A DNA stretch of 20,000 nucleotides from IMG/VR virus record IMGVR_UViG_3300031566_000024; one strand, 5' to 3'. This document shows positions 1 through 6,801 of the stretch, piece after piece. The notes under the pieces were generated by a model, which was not told the DNA's origin, searched no databases, and saw only the letters and a program-made list of their open reading frames with translations. A program made the position numbers and the translations under genes. Positions within the stretch are counted from its first letter, which is position 1; each line of letters begins with the position of its first letter. This stretch comes from an uncultured virus (IMG/VR IMGVR_UViG_3300031566_000024). Lineage: Duplodnaviria; Heunggongvirae; Uroviricota; Caudoviricetes.

Positions 1-1
1 G

Positions 2-796
2 TCCGGCATCCTGTGCGCGTTTGTAGGTTTGTCTTAATACCGATACCGCTTTGAACAGTAATAATACTTTTCTATTCATTAATTTACAAAGGGCGAGAAA
101 TATTTCAGATTTTCCGCCGCTTGTCGGAAGCTTAATTACCACGTTTACTTTTTTAAGACAGACCTTAACGGCCTTTATTTGGTAATCATATAATGACAAG
201 TAACCGAGACAATCCTTAATTTCACTGTTTGTAAACTTGTACTTAGTTTTGTTTCTTTTATCGTTAGTTTTGACCTTGTTATTATCTAGTTTTAATCTAG
301 CTACAAGCCCTTTTTTGAACCCTATACCCATTTTTACATAAGGGTTAGTTTTGTTTTTTTCTAAACTAGCAAACTCTACTATTTGGCGTTTGCTTGCGTC
401 ATATGATCCCGATAAGTAACACATACTATAATCATACGTTTGATATACAATCAATAATCTATTGAGAAAATCAGTATCTTTTGATTCTACCGTCAAATGG
501 TTGTTATACAATTGAACGGTAATCGGCTTATTGCTAATTAGTTTGTCTGAGTTAGTTTCTTTGCAGCCTGGTTTGAAAGTTATATCGAAACCTAATTTTC
601 TAATTATCTTCAATGTTTCCGGGCGGTTATGTACTATCCATTGTTTGTTATAGTCTGTGTATTTTCTGTATTTACTTGGAATTGTTCTTATTGCAGCAAT
701 GATTTTAATAAATTCCGGACGTGGTAGATATTTTATTTTCAGTGTGAATTTGTCATCAACGCAAATCGCCTCAAGCACGATTTCTTTACTAATCAA
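2..796 (-). CDS. SF2 (UvsW/DEAD-box-like) DNA helicase, N-terminal 265 aa, truncated by window start
   Basis: Absent from ORF track (no stop in window). Manual translation from TTG at 796 (AGGAG upstream) is open to the edge and shows Q-motif LYDYQ and Walker A LPTSGGKS. The N-terminal IAAIRTIPSKYRKYTDYNKQWIV segment resembles a HARP-like domain. Confidence 0.85.
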   Translation of the reverse strand, partial: MISKEIVLEAICVDDKFTLKIKYLPRPEFIKIIAAIRTIPSKYRKYTDYNKQWIVHNRPETLKIIRKLGFDITFKPGCKETNSDKLISNKPITVQLYNNHLTVESKDTDFLNRLLIVYQTYDYSMCYLSGSYDASKRQIVEFASLEKNKTNPYVKMGIGFKKGLVARLKLDNNKVKTNDKRNKTKYKFTNSEIKDCLGYLSLYDYQIKAVKVCLKKVNVVIKLPTSGGKSEIFLALCKLMNRKVLLLFKAVSVLRQTYKRAQDAG

Positions 797-823
797 TTTG
801 AGCTCCTATTTTTTGTTTTTATA

Positions 824-852
824 TTATTACCATATCCATAGATTTTTGTCAA
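824..852 (-). promoter_or_regulatory. sigma70/sigmaA-type promoter for the SF2 helicase
   Basis: Minus-strand TTGACA (852-847), 17-nt spacer, TAATAA (829-824) preceded by TGn. Confidence 0.5.
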
Positions 853-1080
853 GTAATTTGTATTCTTGTAATCAATTGATGTACAAAACTGTAACTAAAA
901 GTATTGATATGTTGTGTAATACGAGAGGTCAATTATAACCAAAATTATACAAAAGTGTAACGCATAATGAATGAAAATGTTTAAAATATAAGAAATATGT
1001 TTATAAACTTTGTAGAATCAAAAGTATAAAACATACAAGACTACTACATAAATGTATAGTAAAAATAGTTAAAATATATG

Positions 1081-1109
1081 TTGACAGCTTTAACCTATTA
1101 TAGTAGACT
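1081..1109 (+). promoter_or_regulatory. sigma70/sigmaA-type promoter
   Basis: TTGACA (1081-1086), 17-nt spacer, TAGACT (1104-1109). Confidence 0.6.
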
Positions 1110-1165
1110 CTTTTAACCTATTTAGGTTAAAGTAATAAGCATATATGGTAAACGTCATTAATCTA
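1089..1165. repeat. TTTAACCTA direct and inverted repeats (operator- or iteron-like)
   Basis: TTTAACCTATT at 1089-1099 and 1112-1122; palindrome TTTAACCTA-TT-TAGGTTAAA at 1112-1131; variant TTAATCTA at 1158-1165. Confidence 0.6.
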
Positions 1166-1236
1166 TATAGTAAAAACCATGTACTATTATTTATAGTTTT
1201 TATAAGAAAAATCTGAGATTATAGGAGAAAAATAGC

Positions 1237-2640
1237 ATGAACGATATTGAAACTGTGGCAAGTGCTGACACGTGGTATTTGTATGGCGATGGATTGCTTT
1301 TGGAATTAGGCATGGATACCACTTTACTTTTGTCACGAATAATAAATATATACACCCAATTGAATTTTACAACCGATTACTTTGAGTGTAGTGTTGTATC
1401 TATAAGAAGAGAGATTGAAATGTCTGCTCATAGACAACGGATTTCAATAGAAAAACTAACAAAGTTGGGAATAATAAAGACTAAAAATAGCGATTTGCCT
1501 GCAACACGAAAAGTAAAACTTTGTAACACAAACATTATCAATACTGTAAAGGATGTTTATGGTGGTGAAGAGGGGGGTGGTTTTGAGCAAAACAAAAGTG
1601 TCGAATTTGAGTTGATTTTTCCAAAAACACAGTTATATATTACATATATAACATTATATTCTCTTTATTATTTATTAATAATAAATAATAGAGTTATCAA
1701 AAATGATAACTCCTATTTGTCCACTTTAAATTTTTTTTCAAATAGGAAAATACTTTCTTTTGAAGAGAGAGAAAAAAAAACAAAAGAAAAAAACAATGAA
1801 CTAAAAAACAAAATTTTATCCGATGAAAATTTCTTGGAAATTATAAGAACATTTTCAGATTTTCCGGCCCCGGCAGTTACACACAATGTGAACAAAATAA
1901 CGAACACACTTGCAGAAGCGTACAGTCTATACCAGCACTTGCTTAACGGTACATTTTTCGATAATTGTAAACAAATCACAGAGCCGTGGATCGTTGCCAA
2001 TAAAGGCGATTGGAGTAAATTAAAGGAAAAAAAATGGAAACACAAGAAAATTATGAAAGTACTGAAAGAGGCCGGAAAACCATATTTACCAGACTATTAC
2101 CCATTTTCAAAAGATGACAAAAAAAAGATTTTGCCGAAGAGCTTGCCACAATTATTTTATAATCCCTTCGTAAAAAAATGCCCGTCTTCTTTTATTCGTG
2201 CCTATTTACAGCCGCCGAAACTATCTCCGGTACAAGAAATCACAGACAAGTACCCGGGAATTACTACTGAAATTTCGCAGATGTGCGACGTAACACCTCG
2301 GATAATTATACGTGCTATCACATATTTAGAGCCCTTCTACAATGAAATTTGTAACAAGTCGATTATTTTTGAAGATGGTAAAAAATACACCCGGTTATCC
2401 CTTGACATGGAGTTTTCGCGCCATTTGGGAACGTTTGTAAAGTTTTTAGGCGTGTATGTCGAGTGGTTAGGGTCTTTATCGGAAAAATGGCGCAACCAGC
2501 AATCAGTAAGGCTCGCGGGTGTTACGCGTGGTTGGTTCGACGAGTACTTGAAAAAAAATTATGATATTATTTTAGAGCCTAATGACAGCTATTTACAACG
2601 GTTGGCGCGAGATTTGAAAAGAATGAAATCCGGTTATTGA
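1237..2640 (+). CDS. Putative replication initiator / origin-binding protein with N-terminal winged HTH
   Basis: AGGAG SD. N-terminal IRREIEMSAHRQRISIEKLTKLGIIKTKNSDLPATRKVKL resembles wHTH domains of phage replication proteins. It is followed by an AT-rich linker and lies upstream of the helicase. Confidence 0.55.
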   Translation: MNDIETVASADTWYLYGDGLLLELGMDTTLLLSRIINIYTQLNFTTDYFECSVVSIRREIEMSAHRQRISIEKLTKLGIIKTKNSDLPATRKVKLCNTNIINTVKDVYGGEEGGGFEQNKSVEFELIFPKTQLYITYITLYSLYYLLIINNRVIKNDNSYLSTLNFFSNRKILSFEEREKKTKEKNNELKNKILSDENFLEIIRTFSDFPAPAVTHNVNKITNTLAEAYSLYQHLLNGTFFDNCKQITEPWIVANKGDWSKLKEKKWKHKKIMKVLKEAGKPYLPDYYPFSKDDKKKILPKSLPQLFYNPFVKKCPSSFIRAYLQPPKLSPVQEITDKYPGITTEISQMCDVTPRIIIRAITYLEPFYNEICNKSIIFEDGKKYTRLSLDMEFSRHLGTFVKFLGVYVEWLGSLSEKWRNQQSVRLAGVTRGWFDEYLKKNYDIILEPNDSYLQRLARDLKRMKSGY

Positions 2641-2660
2641 AAAAAAATTAAAAAAATATC

Positions 2661-2689
2661 TTGACATGTTAAAAAAAATAGGTTATTAT
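2661..2689 (+). promoter_or_regulatory. sigma70/sigmaA-type promoter upstream of the ncRNA/tRNA island
   Basis: TTGACA (2661-2666), 17-nt spacer, TATTAT (2684-2689), with an A-rich UP-like tract upstream. Confidence 0.7.
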
Positions 2690-2741
2690 GGCGAACAATT
2701 AACGATGACAAGGGAAACCAGGGAGACGGCAAGATGAAAAA

Positions 2742-3172
2742 CTTAGTGAAAATTATTTTTATAACGATCGTGAATAATCTCACTAAGAAAAATAATTTTG
2801 TAATAAAATCCTTTACGACACGTGTGCTTACAGTTTATGATGGTTTATGGCCTGTAAAAAACACTACTTCGGAAGCAGGAACGGTGACAAGGCTGATAAC
2901 CGTAAACCGTGATAGCAAAAGGATTGCTAATACCATTCGTATCAATGGTCTACCTGGTTATGGTTAATTGAGGTTTAGCATGGTCTGTGATTTTGGATCA
3001 GTTCGGTGGGTGTCATACACTTTCCGGAAGGCAAAATCTAGAATCGGATTGACTTCTGTTGTGTTTGTGCAACGTGCAACGTCGCATGATAAACATGATG
3101 GGAAAAATCAGGATCTTGTTGAAGGGGTTCGGGGTGGTGCTGCCAGGTCTCACCCCGAAAAACCTTTAACGA
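2742..3172 (+). ncRNA. Large structured, probably pseudoknotted ncRNA candidate (family unassigned)
   Basis: Many hand-paired nested helices, e.g. 2905-2913/2957-2965, 2932-2937/2944-2949, 2988-2994/3104-3110, 3118-3125/3163-3170 and 3128-3136/3151-3159. The loop at 3137-3148 is complementary to 2976-2981 and 2952-2957. Confidence 0.55.
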
Positions 3173-3200
3173 ATGATTATTTTTTTTGTAGGGTGGTCAT

Positions 3201-3386
3201 GTGTCTAATATTTGGAATGATGGGATTTGTAATGCGTGTGGTGCAGTAGTTGAAGAAATGTCAAGTGCAAGACTTGGTCAAGGTTTTGATTATCAAAATA
3301 GGTGTACCAATTGCAAATGTGTTAACCATTGCTGGCATCATTGCGGAGATATGGAAGAACTTGATTATTACAAGCATAATCAATAA
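3201..3386 (+). CDS. Small Cys/His-rich (zinc-ribbon-like) protein
   Basis: GTG start with AGGGTGG upstream; CNAC ... CTNCKCVNHC motifs; sits in the unstructured gap between RNA elements. Confidence 0.6.
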   Translation: MSNIWNDGICNACGAVVEEMSSARLGQGFDYQNRCTNCKCVNHCWHHCGDMEELDYYKHNQ

Positions 3387-3481
3387 GTGTATTGACAGAG
3401 TAGTATGGTACTAACGCTACCGTTCAGGCCTTACAAGCTTGGTAAATCGGATGGTTTGTACTGTACTCTGTGAATGCACTT
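3385..3481 (+). ncRNA. Rod-shaped hairpin RNA candidate
   Basis: AAGTGTATT-G-ACAGAGTA (3385-3402) pairs with TACTCTGT-G-AATGCACTT (3464-3481); inner ACCGTTC/GGATGGT and TTAC/GTAA helices. Confidence 0.45.
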
Positions 3482-3500
3482 GTATTTAAAGCCTGTTAAA

Positions 3501-3574
3501 CGGGGTATATGTATGATTTGGTGTAATAAACAGGTCGTACCTGTTTATCGGAGGTTCAAGTCCTCCCGCCCCGA
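3501..3574 (+). tRNA. Atypical tRNA-like element, anticodon CGT (Thr), weak D arm
   Basis: Acceptor CGGGGTA/CGCCCCG (one mismatch); T arm GGAGG-TTCAAGT-CCTCC; anticodon arm AACAG-GTCGTAC-CTGTT; D stem barely pairs; no encoded CCA. Confidence 0.55.
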
Positions 3575-3627
3575 ATACATACAGTCTGCCAGGTAGGCAG
3601 ACTGTATAATCTAAAGTTTTTTTCAAA

Positions 3628-3720
3628 CGGGCTGTGGTCTAATTGGGAGCGGCTATCTGATCCATAGCAGTAAGACAAGGGCAAACGCCTTTATTGTGAG
3701 TTCGAATCTTACCGGTCCGA
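3628..3720 (+). tRNA. Aberrant 93-nt tRNA-like element (isotype undetermined)
   Basis: Acceptor CGGGCTG/CGGTCCG; T arm GTGAG-TTCGAAT-CTTAC; D stem GTCT/AGAC with an inserted hairpin; anticodon-position arm AGGGC-AAAC-GCCTT has only a 4-nt loop. Confidence 0.55.
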
Positions 3721-3789
3721 TTGAAAAAACAGTATTGCTAATTTTTAATTTCATTAATACTTATGGGGTGTCACTCTCATAAGTATTAT

Positions 3790-3860
3790 GGCCTAATAAT
3801 CTAATGGTAGGATATTAGATTTTCGATCTAAGTACCGGGGTTCGACTCCCTGTTAGGCTA
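3790..3860 (+). tRNA. tRNA-Glu(TTC)
   Basis: Full cloverleaf: GGCCTAA/TTAGGCT, D stem ATCT/GGAT, TTAGA-TTTTCGA-TCTAA, CGGGG-TTCGACT-CCCTG; CCA not encoded. Confidence 0.9.
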
Positions 3861-3862
3861 AT

Positions 3863-4075
3863 GAACAAGCACGAACTGAGCAATAGGAATTATGATAAAC
3901 GACACACTTTAAGTTTTTAATTCCTCCCTTTTGAGCTATACGAGAACAAGGTAGACACAAAAGGGCAGCGTGTTACGTGGGTGGCGAAGGAAAGTCGATG
4001 ACTAAACCCGTTTACCGCTAGACGAACAAGCGGAAATCTAATTAGTACAAAGCAGGATTATACCCGCGCCTGTTG
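3863..4075 (+). ncRNA. Second structured RNA candidate downstream of tRNA-Glu
   Basis: Abutting helices AGGAATTA/TAATTCCT (3885-3925) and CCCTTTTG/CAAAAGGG (3926-3965), then CGTGGGT/ACCCGCG (3976-4068) enclosing ACTAA/TTAGT and CCGCT/AGCGG; GAACAAG occurs three times. Confidence 0.45.
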
Positions 4076-4098
4076 AAATAATGGCGGGTACATTTTTT
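4061..4098 (+). terminator. Intrinsic terminator candidate
   Basis: TACCCGC/GCGGGTA stem followed by CATTTTTT. Confidence 0.55.
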
Positions 4099-4141
4099 AA
4101 AAATTATATTTATATATGGCTACTCCTTTTAATTTATTTTA

Positions 4142-4180
4142 CCGGTTACATATATTGATAATATGTAACCGGGTTATTTT
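4142..4180 (+). terminator. Terminator-like perfect inverted repeat
   Basis: 12-bp CCGGTTACATAT/ATATGTAACCGG followed by GTTATTTT. Confidence 0.5.
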
Positions 4181-4238
4181 ACACGCAATCTCTTTTTGAG
4201 ATCATTATATATATTCCATTTTAGTCAGTTCTTTTTTG

Positions 4239-4281
4239 CCGGTTGTTATTTATCCTTTTTGTAATAACCGGTTATTTTTTT
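4239..4281 (+). terminator. Terminator-like inverted repeat
   Basis: CCGGTTGTTA/TAATAACCGG followed by TTATTTTTTT. Confidence 0.5.
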
Positions 4282-4298
4282 CTTAAAGTGAGACGTTA

Positions 4299-5771
4299 AT
4301 GAATTTTACGATTGATAGAGTTGACAATAAAAAATTAAAAATGCTTGTTATATCAATGATAGTGTCAACAAAAGTGTGCAGTGAAATTATACCTGTACTG
4401 AGAGTTAATCTTGATTTATTTTACGAGGTGTTCGAAAGTTTCTATAAGCCGGTTGTAACCTGGATCATTGAATTTTACGAACTTACAGAGAAAGCACCAG
4501 AAAAACATATACAAAATATATTTGACGACAAATCAGAAAAACTTGAAGGTACTGAGAAAAGTTTAATTCAGACTTTTCTGAAAACTCTTAATGATGAATA
4601 TGTGAAATATGAAAAATACAATGAAGATTACGCAATTGATCAGGCAAAAATATACTTGCGTGAAGCGAATCTGGCATTACTCACAAAAAAAATAAGTGCT
4701 GCAACAAAAGCAGGGAAACTAGATGATGCTGAAAATTATATTGCAACATATAACCAGATCGAAGCCAAAACACAGATATGCCAAGAGACGTCTATTGTGT
4801 ATGGTAAAGAATTTTGGGATGATGATCCGGATAACAATCCCGATTCACTTTTTATAATGCCTGGTGCACTGGGCGACATTGCAGGCCCATTTGCACGCGG
4901 TGATTTTGTAGCGTTTAACGGCCCCAAAAAGCGCGGGAAATCATTCTGGCTCAAGCAAATAGCAATATGGGCGATGGAAAGTAATCTCAATGTAATCTAT
5001 TTCAATATGGAAATGGCACATAAGAAATGCATACGCAGATTTAGACAATATTTCAGTGCCGAAACTCTACGATTGAAAGATAAAAAAACTGGATATGATG
5101 AAATCAGAATTCCGAAATTCATTGAAGCGGGTGACGAGTCTGGACAATGGGAAATGTCATACACAATGAAAAAGAAAAAGGGTGTAACAAAAGAGAAATC
5201 TAAAAATAAACAAAAACAATTACAAATCAAATACAGGGGCGATATCCGATTCATTACGTATGCAGCAAACTCATTAACGCTGTCTATTGCTGATAAGAAA
5301 ATTGACGAGTATTTCAACAATGGCTTTGTTGCAGACGTGATAATATTTGACTCAATGGATTTGTTGAAATCTGGAAAACGGGACCAGGTACGGCAGGAAA
5401 TCAATGAAAAATGGGGTGTAGGTCGAGAACTCGCACAAAAAAAACACGCGTTAATTGTTACAGTATCGCATACAAACAAGGAAACTAATAAAAGAGCTAT
5501 TACAGGTTCGGACTTTCAAGAGGATGATAGAAAAGGCAATTGGTTAACTGCTGGATTTGGGCTTAACCAAACAGAGGATGAAAAAGAGACCGGTATTATG
5601 CGCGTGAATTGTTTAGTGAGTCGTGACAATTTTTTCACATCAAAAAATTTTGTATATGTTTTGGAGTGTCGAGATATTGGGAAAATTTATCTGGATTCAA
5701 GACATCAATGGGAAATAAAAAATAATGAGAGGAGTAGCAATGAAAATAAGCAAAAGCCAGCTTATCAGTAA
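4299..5771 (+). CDS. dnaB: Replicative SF4 (DnaB/gp41-like) helicase
   Basis: Walker A GPKKRGKS, H1a YFNMEM, Walker B IIFDSMDL, H3 VTVSH, helical N-terminal domain. Confidence 0.88.
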   Translation: MNFTIDRVDNKKLKMLVISMIVSTKVCSEIIPVLRVNLDLFYEVFESFYKPVVTWIIEFYELTEKAPEKHIQNIFDDKSEKLEGTEKSLIQTFLKTLNDEYVKYEKYNEDYAIDQAKIYLREANLALLTKKISAATKAGKLDDAENYIATYNQIEAKTQICQETSIVYGKEFWDDDPDNNPDSLFIMPGALGDIAGPFARGDFVAFNGPKKRGKSFWLKQIAIWAMESNLNVIYFNMEMAHKKCIRRFRQYFSAETLRLKDKKTGYDEIRIPKFIEAGDESGQWEMSYTMKKKKGVTKEKSKNKQKQLQIKYRGDIRFITYAANSLTLSIADKKIDEYFNNGFVADVIIFDSMDLLKSGKRDQVRQEINEKWGVGRELAQKKHALIVTVSHTNKETNKRAITGSDFQEDDRKGNWLTAGFGLNQTEDEKETGIMRVNCLVSRDNFFTSKNFVYVLECRDIGKIYLDSRHQWEIKNNERSSNENKQKPAYQ

Positions 5772-6801
5772 GATAGGCTTTTTTAAAAAACTAAAAAACC
5801 AGGCGGATGATAACCGTATATACATAGATGGTTCTGCTATGTACAAAGACGGTAGAATTTCTTTTTTGGTTGTACAGTTAGAAACTGAAAATTTAAAAAA
5901 ATATGTAATACCATACGCAGAATTTGTGAAGTTTCTTGACCGGGTGAAGGCCGACAAAGGCGATGAGATTACAATCGAGTATAACGAAGAAGGTACACAA
6001 TTACAAATCAAATGTGGGCGGAAATGCTGTAATTTACCGGTTCTTAAATGGGATGAGAAAAACGATAAAAAGATTGAAACATTTTACGATATACAACAAG
6101 GAAACGAGCTGTCTGTTGATTTTGTACAGGCGTTACAGCACTGTAAGGGCACAATTGACAAACAACGCGGCACGCCTAATAATAATATTGTAGTCGAAAA
6201 AGATTACACATGGTCATTCAACAGATACGCTTTTGCTAGGATGAAAAATAATATAAGTTGTTTGGACACTTTGTACATTCCCGTTGAATATGTAGATATC
6301 TTAACGGTTTTGGGGCCCGTTAAAATTAGTCAAACAAAAAATGGCTTATTTTTTGCAAGTGCTGGTAATGATATATTACAAATACACCAACCTGCATATC
6401 AAAGCCAGCATACCCCGAAAGATTTTTTCGATAAAATCACCATGTCGCCGGACATCTTCGACAGTAAAGCGTTGTTAGATGGAATTAGAACAGCCGAAAT
6501 ACTTGTTGAAAAAGAAGAAATTAAGCGTAGGAAGGTACTACTCAATTTTCAATTGGAAAAAATAACAATTACCGCTGAAAATGATAGCAGTAGTATTCTG
6601 TGTGAAATTTCACACAAGAGCCGGACGCTACAAAAAATTATTATAGACCCTGTAAATTTCACAAAGGGCATAAGTTTGTGTGAAAAAAATAATGTAATCA
6701 ATATAATTTTTCATGATATTAACGAAAAAGCCGGATACGTGTTGTTTACCAATGATAACAAAGAATATTTGGCAACTTATGAGAGAGTTATTAATGAATG
6801 A
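5740..6801 (+). CDS. Divergent beta-type sliding clamp
   Basis: GAGGAG SD before ATG 5740; ~353 aa with three-domain beta-clamp-like periodicity (e.g. TWSFNRYAFARM); lies between helicase and polymerase with a clamp loader nearby. Confidence 0.65.
   Translation: MKISKSQLISKIGFFKKLKNQADDNRIYIDGSAMYKDGRISFLVVQLETENLKKYVIPYAEFVKFLDRVKADKGDEITIEYNEEGTQLQIKCGRKCCNLPVLKWDEKNDKKIETFYDIQQGNELSVDFVQALQHCKGTIDKQRGTPNNNIVVEKDYTWSFNRYAFARMKNNISCLDTLYIPVEYVDILTVLGPVKISQTKNGLFFASAGNDILQIHQPAYQSQHTPKDFFDKITMSPDIFDSKALLDGIRTAEILVEKEEIKRRKVLLNFQLEKITITAENDSSSILCEISHKSRTLQKIIIDPVNFTKGISLCEKNNVINIIFHDINEKAGYVLFTNDNKEYLATYERVINE

Noticed and set aside
657..938. 93-aa hydrophobic plus-strand ORF
   Set aside because: Antisense to the start and promoter of the SF2 helicase; composition reflects T-rich shadow sequence.
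2734..3249. ORFs 2734-2967 and 2968-3249
   Set aside because: No recognisable motifs, and they coincide with dense predicted RNA helices. The first has a possible SD (GGGAG), so it is not fully excluded.
3392..3420. TTGACA as an internal promoter
   Set aside because: No -10 element at 16-18 nt spacing; the hexamer is part of the rod stem.
2742..3860. tmRNA, group I/II intron or retron
   Set aside because: No paired tmRNA ends or tag frame, no intron catalytic core recognised, and no reverse transcriptase or maturase in the window.
3985..4062. RNase P RNA-like GGAAAGTC ... ACAAAGCAGGATTATA
   Set aside because: The two segments cannot form the P4 helix and are too close together for even a minimal catalytic domain.
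3966..4075. Known riboswitch (ZTP, SAM, c-di-GMP) or small self-cleaving ribozyme
   Set aside because: Only fragmentary motif matches (TGGCG, CGCCTG); complete consensus cores not found by eye.
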